Of a stretch of 64,000 nt of DNA, positions 8,051 to 16,966 are shown in pieces. Below the pieces are notes generated by a model. The model did not search any database. It saw nothing but the letters and a program-made list of their open reading frames with translations, and was not told the origin of the DNA. How positions within the stretch are numbered: position 1 is the stretch's first letter; each line of letters starts with the position of its first letter. The stretch is from Thermoplasmata archaeon (GTDB taxonomy: Archaea > Thermoplasmatota > Thermoplasmata > Lutacidiplasmatales > UBA184). A program made the position numbers and the translations under genes. The stretch is taken from assembly GCA_050749465.1 (NCBI GenBank), contig JBOGRO010000020.1, positions 47,540 to 111,539 of the forward strand, read 5' to 3'.

Positions 8051-9334
8051 TCAGCCCCCGGGGCCGACCGGCCCCGCAACGACCGTGACCGAGCGGTTCC
8101 GCTCGAAGGCTCGCTCCGCCGCCCGGAGGACCTCTTGCGGTGTCACGGCTCGCAGGCGCGCGGGCCACGTGAGCCAGAAGTCCGCCGGGAGCTCGTGGTA
8201 GGCGACGTCGACCGCGAGTCCGTGCGCGTCCGCCGTCGATTCCAGGGCGAGCGGGATCTCCCCGATCGCGCTCTCGCGGACCGACCCGAGCTCCCGGCCG
8301 GGAACCCGCTCCGTGCGAAGGCGTTCGACTTCTTCTTCGAGCATGGGTACTACCTGGCGCCAGCGGTCCGCCCCGGTGCCGGCCTGCGCGCTCCAGATCC
8401 CGCCGAGACGCATCGACTCGAGGTGGCTCGACGCGTGGTAGGCGAGGCCGTTCTTCTCCCGGACTCTTTGGAAGAGCCGGGCGAGCAGCGGTCGGCCGCC
8501 GAGGACCTGGTTCGCGAGATACGCGGCCGGGTAGTCGGGCGCATCCTGCGGGATCGACGGCCCACCGAGCCTCACCTCGACCTGAGAGCGCCCGGGAAGG
8601 TCGACGGTCCTTCGCTTGGAGGACGCGGGGGATAGCGACGGGAGAGCGAGGCGCGGACCGCCCGAGGTGGGGAGTTCGGCGAAGCGCCGCTCCACGGCTC
8701 GAGAGATCGAACGCATCGGCGCAGCGGCGGTGACGACCACGAGCCCCCCGTCGCTCGTGTAGTGGTCGCGGTGGAAGTGGCGGAGCCGCCCCCGGGTGAG
8801 TCGGGCGAGCGAGCGTCGGTCGCCGAGGCCGGTCTCGCGGTACGGGTGCCCCTCGGGGAAGACCGTACGGAGGAGCTCGAGCTCGGCGCGGCTCGCCGGC
8901 TGCGTCCTCTCGCGGAGCTGGCGCTCCAGGAATTGACGCCGCACCCGCGCGAGATCGTCCGGGTCGAAGCGCGGAGTGCGCACCACTTCGCCGAGGAGCC
9001 CGAGCAGGGGCTCCCAGTCCTCCGCCGGGCCCCAGATCGTGACCTCCGCGGACTCCGGGTTGACGTCGCGGGAGAGCGTCGCTCCCGCACGGTCGAGCCG
9101 ACGGGCCAGCGCCACGCGGTCGAATCGTCCGGTCGCGCTCGTGAGCAGATGGTTGACCAGCCGCGCGAGCCCCGCCTCCCCCGGAGGGTCGAATCCCCAC
9201 CCCGCCGGTCCGACGTACGTGGCCGAGAAGCTCGCGGCCCCGGCGGGGGGGTATTGGCGGGCGACCCGCAGCCCGTCAGGGCCGTCTCCGTACTCGAGTC
9301 GGAGCGGGTCGGTCGGACTAGTCGTCGTCCGCAC
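8051..9334 (-). CDS. M16 (pitrilysin/insulinase) family peptidase, non-catalytic-type subunit
   Basis: The long ORF 8051..9532 overlaps the upstream gene. An in-frame GTG at 9334 gives a 16-nt overlap with the upstream stop at 9318. The product starts near LRLEYGDGPDGLRV. The HxxEH position reads NHLLT, so it is degenerate. The fold pattern is M16-like and it is paired with an active M16 gene. Confidence 0.75.
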   Translation of the reverse strand: MRTTTSPTDPLRLEYGDGPDGLRVARQYPPAGAASFSATYVGPAGWGFDPPGEAGLARLVNHLLTSATGRFDRVALARRLDRAGATLSRDVNPESAEVTIWGPAEDWEPLLGLLGEVVRTPRFDPDDLARVRRQFLERQLRERTQPASRAELELLRTVFPEGHPYRETGLGDRRSLARLTRGRLRHFHRDHYTSDGGLVVVTAAAPMRSISRAVERRFAELPTSGGPRLALPSLSPASSKRRTVDLPGRSQVEVRLGGPSIPQDAPDYPAAYLANQVLGGRPLLARLFQRVREKNGLAYHASSHLESMRLGGIWSAQAGTGADRWRQVVPMLEEEVERLRTERVPGRELGSVRESAIGEIPLALESTADAHGLAVDVAYHELPADFWLTWPARLRAVTPQEVLRAAERAFERNRSVTVVAGPVGPGG

Positions 9335-10637
9335 CCCCCGTCGGGGTGTACCGGACGACAACGCGGGACTCGGGGGAGAACAGGGACCGAGCCCGTTCGC
9401 GGACTTCGGGGGCGGTGACGCGGAGGAGGGCGCGGAAGAGTTCGTCCTCGTACTCGACCGAGCGGAGCGCGGAGAAGTAGCCGAGCCGGAAGCCGATCCG
9501 GGAGGCTCCCTCGTACGCGAGGCCCGCTCCACGACGGATCTTCGTACGCACGTCGTCGAGCTCCGTGGCGGTCGGCCCGCTGCGCTGGAGGCGCTCGGTC
9601 ACGGTGTAGATCGCCGACTCGAGTCGATCGAGCGAGACCCCCTTCGCCGCCTGGCTCTGGATCGTGAAAAGGCTCGGGAACTCGCGCGGTCGCCATTCGC
9701 TCGTCGCCCGAACGGCGAGTCCGGGGTCGACGAGCGCACGGTAGAGCCGGGCCGAGGGGTGCTCGTTCGCTCGACCCCATCCCGCACCGGCGGAGAAGAG
9801 CCGAGTCTCGCCGCCAAGGACCGTGTCGAGGACCATCGTCGCCGGGGTCTCGGCGTCGCGGAGCGCGGGGGATCGCCAGCCGATCTGGAGATACGGGGTC
9901 GTCCCGGGACCGGAGAGTTCGGACCTCCGCTCGCCTCTCGCGGGGGGTTCGACGTCCCCGACGGCGACATCCGCGCCGCTATCGGGCAGCGGGGAGAACC
10001 GCGACCGGACATCCTGGGCGAGCGCCGCGCGATCGAACCCGCCCGCGATGACGAGGACCGCGTTCCGGGTGCCGTAGTACTTCTGGTAGTACTCTCGCAG
10101 TTCGGCCGGCGTGAGCCGCTCGATGTCGGTGCGCCGCCCGAGCACTTCCCAACGATAGGGGTGGACCCGGAACGCGAGCTGGTACAGCTCCTCCTCGACC
10201 CGAAACTCGGGCCAGTTCTCGTTGCCCTCCCGCTCCGAGTGGATGACGGTGCGCTCGCGCTCGACCTCGCCGTCCGCGATCAACGCGCGGGTCATCCGGT
10301 CGGACTCGATGTCGAGCGGCACCTCGAGGTGCTCGCGCGGCACGGTCGAGAAGTACGCGGTGAAGTCGGTGTCGGTGAACGCGTTGAGCTCGCCGCCGAC
10401 GCTGACCACGGCGCGGTCGATCTCGCCCTTGCCGTAGCGCGGCGAGCCCTGGAAGAGCATGTGCTCGACCCAGTGGGACGCCCCCGTGATCCCGGGGTGC
10501 TCGTTCTTCGAGCCCACGCGGTACCAGACCCAGACGCTCGAGGTCGGGCTCGAGGCGTCCGGGGCGAGAACGACGCGCAGCCCGTTCGGAAGACGGAATT
10601 GGTCCACCGCGGGGCGTGGAACGCGCGACCGGACCAT
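9318..10637 (-). CDS. M16 family zinc peptidase, catalytic-type subunit
   Basis: 439 aa with LPNGLRVVL at the N-terminus, the inverted zinc motif HWVEH (HxxEH) and a downstream E in GGELNAFT. The ATG at 10637 lies about 27 nt from a TATA-like element. Confidence 0.88.
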   Translation of the reverse strand: MVRSRVPRPAVDQFRLPNGLRVVLAPDASSPTSSVWVWYRVGSKNEHPGITGASHWVEHMLFQGSPRYGKGEIDRAVVSVGGELNAFTDTDFTAYFSTVPREHLEVPLDIESDRMTRALIADGEVERERTVIHSEREGNENWPEFRVEEELYQLAFRVHPYRWEVLGRRTDIERLTPAELREYYQKYYGTRNAVLVIAGGFDRAALAQDVRSRFSPLPDSGADVAVGDVEPPARGERRSELSGPGTTPYLQIGWRSPALRDAETPATMVLDTVLGGETRLFSAGAGWGRANEHPSARLYRALVDPGLAVRATSEWRPREFPSLFTIQSQAAKGVSLDRLESAIYTVTERLQRSGPTATELDDVRTKIRRGAGLAYEGASRIGFRLGYFSALRSVEYEDELFRALLRVTAPEVRERARSLFSPESRVVVRYTPTGGADDD

Positions 10638-10660
10638 CTTCTCTCAACGAGCGCGGGGGG

Positions 10661-10668
10661 CATATAAC
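10661..10668 (-). promoter_or_regulatory. TATA-like element (GTTATATG on minus strand) for the M16 peptidase operon
   Basis: Centred about 27 nt upstream of the ATG at 10637, consistent with a leaderless mRNA. Confidence 0.5.
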
Positions 10669-10768
10669 GCGCCGCGTTCCCGGACGTTATCTCGAGGCAC
10701 CGGCGGTATCGTGGGCCCGCCGCAGATTCAACCAAATCGTTAAGCGAGCGTCGGGGCCATCCGTCGGC

Positions 10769-11617
10769 GTGCATCCGGCGTTCCGGCTCGTGCGCGCCGG
10801 GAATCTCGGCGTCTCGTTCGTCGGGACCCTGGTCGGGGGGCTCGTCGCCCACGCGGCCGGGGTCGCCGGCTCCACCACGTTCTGGGCGTTGATCCTGCTC
10901 GCGGCCGCGTCGACCGCCCTCGTGACGGCCGGCGGCAACGTCCTCAACGACCTCGAGGACATCGAGGGGGACCGGGTCAACCACCCGGACCGTCCGCTCG
11001 TGACCGGAGCGGTCTCGGTGCCGGGAGCGCGCATCCTTGCGATCGGGCTCTTCGTCGCCGGCATCGAGGCGGCGTTGCCCGTCATCTTCGTCGAGCCGCT
11101 CGTGGGCGTCATCCTGGCGATCGCGCTCGCGGCGATGCTCGCCTACGAGTTCCGGCTCAAGGCGGCCGGGTGGGGAGGGAACCTGGTCGTCGCGGTCCTG
11201 ACCGGCCTCGTCTTCCTCTACGGCGGAGCGGCGGCGGGGGACCTCGTCGTCCTCGCGCCGTTCGCCGCCATGGCGTTCCTCGCGACGCTCAGCCGCGAGG
11301 TGATCAAGGACATGGAGGACGTCGCCGGGGACGTCACTCGCCGCACGTTGCCGAAGACGCACGGCTTGGCGTTCTCGGCGGTCGTCGCCCGGGCGTCGGT
11401 CGGGGCTGCGATCGTGCTCAGCTTCGTCCCGCTCTTCTGGTTCGTCTCGACCGGTACGGTCGCGGGAATTATGTATCTCGGTCTGGTCGTCGCGGCCGAT
11501 GCGATCTTCGTGGTGTCCGTCTACTACCTACCCGGCCGGCTGCACGCGGAGCAGACCTGGAGCAAGGCCGCGATGACGGTCGCGTTGTTCGCGTTCCTGG
11601 CGGTGGCGTTCCGGTGA
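10769..11617 (+). CDS. Digeranylgeranylglyceryl phosphate synthase (UbiA-family prenyltransferase)
   Basis: UbiA motifs NDLEDIEGD and KDMEDVAGD are present with multiple TM helices. The track ORF begins at 10616, but its first ~50 aa are junk-like. An in-frame GTG at 10769 gives M-HPAFRLVRAGN, a typical N-terminus. The stop overlaps the GGGPS start (GTGA). Confidence 0.8.
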   Translation: MHPAFRLVRAGNLGVSFVGTLVGGLVAHAAGVAGSTTFWALILLAAASTALVTAGGNVLNDLEDIEGDRVNHPDRPLVTGAVSVPGARILAIGLFVAGIEAALPVIFVEPLVGVILAIALAAMLAYEFRLKAAGWGGNLVVAVLTGLVFLYGGAAAGDLVVLAPFAAMAFLATLSREVIKDMEDVAGDVTRRTLPKTHGLAFSAVVARASVGAAIVLSFVPLFWFVSTGTVAGIMYLGLVVAADAIFVVSVYYLPGRLHAEQTWSKAAMTVALFAFLAVAFR

Positions 11618-12381
11618 CCGCCTCGACCCCCCACGGCCGCGTCGAGCGGTACCTGAACGAGCGACTGGAGAAGGGTCCGGTCCACTTCACGCTGATCGAC
11701 CCCGACAAGTCGCCCGGGGCGACCGCGGCCGAGATCGCGCGAGGAGCCGTGGACCTGGGGAGCCACGTGATCCTGCTCGGTGGATCGACCGGGATCTCGC
11801 GCGACGGGATGGGCGACGCGGCCGCGGCGATCAAAGCCGAGGTCGACGTCCCGGTCGTCATCTTCCCCGAAGGTTCGGGGTCGCTCACGCCGAACGCGGA
11901 CGCGGTCCTCTTCATGAGCCTGCTCAACTCGCGGAATCTCGACCTCGTGATCCGGACCCATGCGCGCGCCGCGCCGGTCGTCCGGAAGATGGGTCTCGAA
12001 CCGATCCCGCTGGGTTATCTCGTGGTCGCTCCCGGGATGCGCGTCGGCGAGGTCGGTCAGGTCGACGCCGTCCCCCGCGACGACCCGGAGGGCGCTGCCG
12101 GCTACGCCCTCGCCGCGGAGTTCCTGGGGATGCGGTTCATCTACCTCGAGGCCGGCTCGGGAGCTCCGGCACCGGTGCCGACGCCGATGGTTCGGGCCGT
12201 GCGCTCGGTGTTGTCGATCCCGCTGGTCGTGGGAGGCGGGATCCGGGGCGGTCCCGAAGCGCGCGAGCTGCTCGCCGCCGGCGCGCAGTTGCTCGTCACC
12301 GGCACCGTGACGGAGGAGACCGGACTCGGAAGCGGCTTCCGCGAGATCCTGGAGGAGGTGCGACGCGCTCGTGGCGACTGA
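11614..12381 (+). CDS. Geranylgeranylglyceryl phosphate synthase (PcrB/GGGPS family)
   Basis: The real product starts at GTG 11614 (VTASTPHGRVERYL...). Motifs are HFTLIDPDK, VILLGGSTG, FIYLEAGSGA and PLVVGGGIR, the TIM-barrel GGGPS signature. The upstream part of track ORF 11170..12381 is shadow sequence. Confidence 0.88.
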   Translation: MTASTPHGRVERYLNERLEKGPVHFTLIDPDKSPGATAAEIARGAVDLGSHVILLGGSTGISRDGMGDAAAAIKAEVDVPVVIFPEGSGSLTPNADAVLFMSLLNSRNLDLVIRTHARAAPVVRKMGLEPIPLGYLVVAPGMRVGEVGQVDAVPRDDPEGAAGYALAAEFLGMRFIYLEAGSGAPAPVPTPMVRAVRSVLSIPLVVGGGIRGGPEARELLAAGAQLLVTGTVTEETGLGSGFREILEEVRRARGD

Positions 12382-14185
12382 CGCGCCCTCCCATACCGCT
12401 CCCGACAAGAGGGCACCGCATCGGGGCACACTGCTGTTCCGGGCGCCGAGCGTCCCCGTGGCGATCGTCGCGATCGTCGCCGTGAGCGCGGCGCTCGCGA
12501 CCCTGCTTTGGTGGCCGGACTCGACCCATCTCGGGGAGGGGTTTCTCTTCGCCTTCGGGGCCCCCGCGCTCGTCGCCGCGTTCGCCACGACGCCGCTCGC
12601 CGCGGCGATGGGCGGCCGGCTCGAGCTACGTCGAGGCGTCTTCCTTTCGCTCGTCGTTCTCGTGATCCAGCTCCCGATCGCCGCCGTCTGGCGGGGGGCG
12701 CTGATGACCTGGCCCGGGGAGACGCCGAGCGTCGTCTTCCTCGGCGCATTCCTGGTCGGTCCCGCGGTCTGGTTCCGCCAGATGAGCCTCTTCAGCCTCT
12801 CGCGCCCCAACCACGCGGCGACGCTCCCCGCGGCGCTCCTGCAGCCGCTCCTGGCGCTGGCGGGCCTGTTCGTCGTCACACCGCCGACCGCCCGCGTCGT
12901 GGCGGCCGCGATCCTGTTCTTCGTGATCGGGTTCGGCTGCTCCGTCGCGCTCCTCCGCGCGGCGGACCGACCGCTCCGTCGGGAGTTTCAGAGCTCGGGG
13001 ATCTCCCTCATCCGCCCGATGCTGGACCACGTCGCCCTCCGCGACCCCGGAGCGACGCGGACCCTCGAGAAGTTCTTTGAGAAGTTCTCCTCGCCGGTCG
13101 ACCTCAAGGTCAGTCTCCTCTCGTTCTTCCGGGACGGGAAGGCCCGTGCCACCATCGCCCTTCCCACGGTGCACCCGGGGCCGTTCGCGGCGCTCGGCGC
13201 GAGCGACCTCCCGCGGAAGCTCTCGGAGCAGCTCGGACCGGACGCGGGCGTCGTCCTCGTCCCTCACACCCCATCGGACCACGACCTCGACCTCCCCGCG
13301 GACAGCGAGGTCGACCGGGTCGGTCAAGTATGCCGCGGGTTGCTGCGCACGCTCGGGCCGGTCTCCGCGGCCCGAGCGAGCCCCCTCGTCTCCCCCTACG
13401 CCGGGAGCTTCGCCCGAGCGCAACTGATCGGGGACGTCGCGCTCGTCGTCGTGACGCAGGCCCCGGCGCCGACGGACGACATCGCGTTCAGCGTCGCCGA
13501 CCGCATCGACCGCGAGTTCGGCCGGGAGGGCGGACTCCGCCTCGCGCTCGTCGACGCCCACAATTCCTACATCGAGGGGAAGGGCGACATCACCTACGGA
13601 ACCCCGGTCGCCGAGAAGCTCGCCACCGATGCGAAGGCGGCGGTGTCGGCCGCGGCGGCCGCGGCCCGGCCCGGCGGGATCGAGGTCGGCGTCGCGATGA
13701 GGTCCGGCTACGACATCGGGGCGGACGGGATCGGGCCGCAGGGAATGCGGGCGCTCGTCGTGCGCGCCGGCGGCCGGACGTCGGGCTACGTCCTGATCGA
13801 CGGGAACAACCTCCAGGTAGGCTTCCGCGATCCGATCGTCAAGTCGCTCGAGCAGGTCGTCGACGTCGCGGAGGTGCTCACGACGGACAACCACGTTGTG
13901 CACGAGGTCGACGGAGGGATCAACCCCGTCGGGGAGCGCCGGTCGCTCGAGGCGCTGACCCGCGACGCGGGGGCCGTGCTTGCGAGCGCGAAGGCCGACC
14001 TCGGGCCCGCGGAGGCGCGGTTCGGCTCGGCCCCCGTACCGGGGGTCAACGTCCTGGGGCCGGGGTTCACCGCACGGCTTTTGACCTCCCTCGGCGACAC
14101 CCTCTCGATGTTCACGAACATGGTCGTCGCGACGTTCCTCCTCCTCCTGACCAGTTCCCTGGTCGTCACCTTCGCGCTGAAGTGA
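12371..14185 (+). CDS. Polytopic membrane protein with large soluble domain (resembles archaeal DUF2070 family)
   Basis: 604 aa. About 5 N-terminal TM helices, a soluble central domain (TVHPGPFAALGASDLPRKL, LVPHTPSDHDLD, TTDNHVVHE) and a C-terminal TM helix. Family assignment is from memory only. Confidence 0.65.
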   Translation: MATDAPSHTAPDKRAPHRGTLLFRAPSVPVAIVAIVAVSAALATLLWWPDSTHLGEGFLFAFGAPALVAAFATTPLAAAMGGRLELRRGVFLSLVVLVIQLPIAAVWRGALMTWPGETPSVVFLGAFLVGPAVWFRQMSLFSLSRPNHAATLPAALLQPLLALAGLFVVTPPTARVVAAAILFFVIGFGCSVALLRAADRPLRREFQSSGISLIRPMLDHVALRDPGATRTLEKFFEKFSSPVDLKVSLLSFFRDGKARATIALPTVHPGPFAALGASDLPRKLSEQLGPDAGVVLVPHTPSDHDLDLPADSEVDRVGQVCRGLLRTLGPVSAARASPLVSPYAGSFARAQLIGDVALVVVTQAPAPTDDIAFSVADRIDREFGREGGLRLALVDAHNSYIEGKGDITYGTPVAEKLATDAKAAVSAAAAAARPGGIEVGVAMRSGYDIGADGIGPQGMRALVVRAGGRTSGYVLIDGNNLQVGFRDPIVKSLEQVVDVAEVLTTDNHVVHEVDGGINPVGERRSLEALTRDAGAVLASAKADLGPAEARFGSAPVPGVNVLGPGFTARLLTSLGDTLSMFTNMVVATFLLLLTSSLVVTFALK

Positions 14186-14198
14186 GAGGGCGCGGACG

Positions 14199-15827
14199 AT
14201 GGCGGCCGTCGAACCGGGACTCCGCGGAGCGGCGGCGGCGCTCGGCGACGAGGAGGCGCTCCGGCTCCTCACCCAGTTCGTCGCTGCGGCGCCGACGAAC
14301 CTCGAGATTCCGCGCGACGGGCGCTGGGAGAAGCCGAACTACCTGCGGACGGCGGAAGCGATCGCCCGCGCGGCGCGCGCCGCGGGTCTCGCGACGCGGA
14401 TCTATGACCCGCTCGTCGCGGGCGACATTCCGGGCGAGTGGCACGGCGTCAACCGGCCGAGCGTCGTCGTGGACCTCGACGTCGGGGCGCTCGAGACGGT
14501 GCTCCTCCTCGCCCACTACGACGTCATCCCGGTGCCGGCCGAGCAGCTGCCCCGTTGGAAGAGCCCGCCGTTCTCCCTGACGCTCCGCGCCGACGGACGC
14601 CTCTATGGCCGCGGCGCGGCCGACGACCTCGGGAGCGGGATCGTCGCCTCGCTCCTCGCGATGCGTCGGCTCGCGAACGGCCCGACCCCCTCCCCGCGGA
14701 ACGTTCGCCTCCTCGCGTGCTGCGACGAGGAGACCGGCGGGGAGGGAGGGATCGAGGCGATCCGGGCCCACGACGGGCCCCGCGCGCCGAACGACCCCGA
14801 GCGGATCCTCCGCGCGGACGTTGCGCTCATCCCGGACGGGAGTCCCGAGACGACCGCCGGCTCGAGCGGTCTCGCGTTCCTCGACGCCTCGTTCTCGGCC
14901 CGCGTCTCGCTCGTCGACGCGCTCGCCTACGGGCACGCGCTGGTCGGCTTGCACGAGATCGCGCGGACGTGGCGCTCCGCCTACCTCTCGCCGGACTGGC
15001 CCGACCGTCACGCGCCCGAGCCGGTGCTCACCGGCCGCGCCACCGTGACGCAGCTCGACATCAAGGGAGTGGAGGGGGACCCGACCCACGTTCGGCTCCT
15101 CGCCGCGCACGCCGAGACCGAAGCGTCCAACCTGATCCCTCGCGCGGTGACGGTCCTCCTGGCCGGACCGGCCGCCGAGCTCGAGTCGCTCGACTCCCGG
15201 CTCGCCCCGCTCCTCCCCGCTCCGTTTTCTCTCGAGACGGGAGGTCCCAGCTCGCTCCCCGTGCCCACCGGTGCCCGAGCGTTCCAGCTCGTCGGAGAAC
15301 CCGGGCACGCGGGGTACCCCCACCGCGCCCACAACCCCGTACCGGTCGTCCTCCAGGTCCTCCGCGCGGCGGTCGACCGCGGCTGGGTCGATGGCGGGGC
15401 GAAGGGGACCGCCACGTTCACGGTCGATCTACGACTGGTCCCCGAGATGGAGCTTTCCGAGGGGCTCGACGCGGCGTTCGCCTACTTCCGCGGCTGGAGC
15501 GCGACCCACTCTCCGCTCGCGCGGCTCGACGCGCCGCCGGCGCACTGCCGGGCCGGCTCGGCGACCCCCGTCGACCACCCGATCGTCTTGAAACTCGAGC
15601 GGATCGTCCGGTCGACGTTCGGAGTCGAGGGGGTCCGGGGGGAGTACGGCGGCACGGACGCGAGCTCCCTCCGGGGACTTCGCACTCCGAAGAATGAGCC
15701 GCTACCGGCGCTCGTGTTCGGCGCCATGGATCCCTGGTGTCGGATCCACGACGCCGAGGAGAGCGTGGACCCCCACCTGATCGCGGCCGTCGCCGAGACG
15801 ATCGAGCGCTTCGTGCGGGAACCGTAG
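14199..15827 (+). CDS. M20/M25/M40 family metallopeptidase (ArgE/DapE/CPG2-like)
   Basis: 542 aa. LLAHYDVIPV, RLYGRGAADDLGSGI and CCDEETGGEGGI are the metal-ligand motifs of the family. Confidence 0.8.
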   Translation: MAAVEPGLRGAAAALGDEEALRLLTQFVAAAPTNLEIPRDGRWEKPNYLRTAEAIARAARAAGLATRIYDPLVAGDIPGEWHGVNRPSVVVDLDVGALETVLLLAHYDVIPVPAEQLPRWKSPPFSLTLRADGRLYGRGAADDLGSGIVASLLAMRRLANGPTPSPRNVRLLACCDEETGGEGGIEAIRAHDGPRAPNDPERILRADVALIPDGSPETTAGSSGLAFLDASFSARVSLVDALAYGHALVGLHEIARTWRSAYLSPDWPDRHAPEPVLTGRATVTQLDIKGVEGDPTHVRLLAAHAETEASNLIPRAVTVLLAGPAAELESLDSRLAPLLPAPFSLETGGPSSLPVPTGARAFQLVGEPGHAGYPHRAHNPVPVVLQVLRAAVDRGWVDGGAKGTATFTVDLRLVPEMELSEGLDAAFAYFRGWSATHSPLARLDAPPAHCRAGSATPVDHPIVLKLERIVRSTFGVEGVRGEYGGTDASSLRGLRTPKNEPLPALVFGAMDPWCRIHDAEESVDPHLIAAVAETIERFVREP

Positions 15828-15836
15828 CGAGCGCCC

Positions 15837-16415
15837 GTGCTGAACGCCCTCGAGTCGTCGGCGCTCGCGGTCCTCTGGCTGCTCCTCCCCGCCTACGTCG
15901 CGAACTCGATCGCAACCCTCCCGAAGGGCCGTGGACCCCCGATGGACTTCGGGCGGCCCTGGCCGGGCGACGGCCGGCACGTGCTCGGCCCGTCGAAGAC
16001 GTGGTCGGGGTTCCTCTTCGGCGGGTTCGTCGCGATCCCGGTCGGTCTTCTCGAGGCGTGGCTGATCCTCCTGGCTCCGCCGAACCTCCAGCTGGTGCCG
16101 CGGCTCGCGGGAACCGTCGTCGCGGCGATCCCGGTCGTCGCGGTGCTCACGTTCGGCGCGATGACCGGCGACGCCCTCGGCTCGTTCGTGAAGCGTCGGC
16201 TCGGCCGGGAGAGTGGCGCGCGTACCCTCTTCCTCGATCAGCTGCCGTTCGTCCTGGTCCCGATCGCGCTCGGGCTCCTGTTCTACCCCGCCCTGTTCGT
16301 CGGGGTGTTTGACTCCGGGGAAGCGGTCTTATGGCTTCTCGTCTACACGCTCGGGCTGCACGCCGCCTTCAACTGGGTCGGCTACAAGGCGGGCGTGAAG
16401 AAGGTGCCCTGGTGA
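15837..16415 (+). CDS. carS: CDP-archaeol synthase (CarS)
   Basis: 192 aa. LLLPAYVANSIATL...PMDFG...DGRHVLGPSKTWSGFLFGG matches the CarS (DUF46) pattern. It has 5 TM helices and a GTG start. Confidence 0.82.
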   Translation: MLNALESSALAVLWLLLPAYVANSIATLPKGRGPPMDFGRPWPGDGRHVLGPSKTWSGFLFGGFVAIPVGLLEAWLILLAPPNLQLVPRLAGTVVAAIPVVAVLTFGAMTGDALGSFVKRRLGRESGARTLFLDQLPFVLVPIALGLLFYPALFVGVFDSGEAVLWLLVYTLGLHAAFNWVGYKAGVKKVPW

Positions 16416-16966
16416 CCCCGGCGGAGAGCGCAGCGGTCCCGAGCCGGGACGAGGTCGTCCGGCTCCTGCTCGACGCGGGGGCGGTGCGGTTCGGGGACTT
16501 CACCCTCGCTTCGGGGGTGAAGAGCGACGTCTACATCGACGTGAAGAAGGCGTGGACCGACCCGCGCCGGCTCGCGACGCTCACGGCGGCGTTCGCCGGC
16601 CGCGCCGGCACCGAAGAGCGCCTGGCCGGTATGGAGCTCGGCGCCGTACCGCTCGTCGTCGCCCTCGCCCTCGCGACGGGCCGTCCGTACGCGGTGCTGC
16701 GGAAGGCCGCGAAGGAGCACGGCACTCGTCAGCCGTTCGAAGGCGAGTTCCCGCCCGGCAGCCGCACGCTCCTCGTCGAGGACGTCACGACGACGGGCGC
16801 GAGCACGCTGCGTTCGGTCGAGATCGTGCGCGCCGCCGGCGGCGTCGTCGACCGCGCGGTCGTCGTCGTCGACCGCGAGAACGGCGCGACAGAACGGCTC
16901 CGCGCGGCGGGGGTCCGCCTCGAACCACTCGTCACGCTCTCGGGGCTGCGGAGCGCACGTCGGTGA
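16412..16966 (+). CDS. pyrE: Orotate phosphoribosyltransferase
   Basis: GTG at 16412 overlaps the carS stop (GTGA). GAVRFGDFTLASGVKSDVYID and the PRPP loop LLVEDVTTTGAS are present. Confidence 0.88.
   Translation: MTPAESAAVPSRDEVVRLLLDAGAVRFGDFTLASGVKSDVYIDVKKAWTDPRRLATLTAAFAGRAGTEERLAGMELGAVPLVVALALATGRPYAVLRKAAKEHGTRQPFEGEFPPGSRTLLVEDVTTTGASTLRSVEIVRAAGGVVDRAVVVVDRENGATERLRAAGVRLEPLVTLSGLRSARR

Noticed and set aside
12626-14272. 548-aa antisense ORF over the DUF2070-like gene. Similar long antisense ORFs occur at 18344..20098 (ClC gene), 20684..22036 (trpB), 40104..42044 (S53 gene), 47292..49649 (polyferredoxin membrane gene) and 52032..54017 (propeller gene).
   Set aside because: All have extreme Arg/Asp/Gly/Pro content and no hydrophobic-core patterns. 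Each overlaps a sense gene carrying clear family motifs. They are classic high-GC shadow ORFs.
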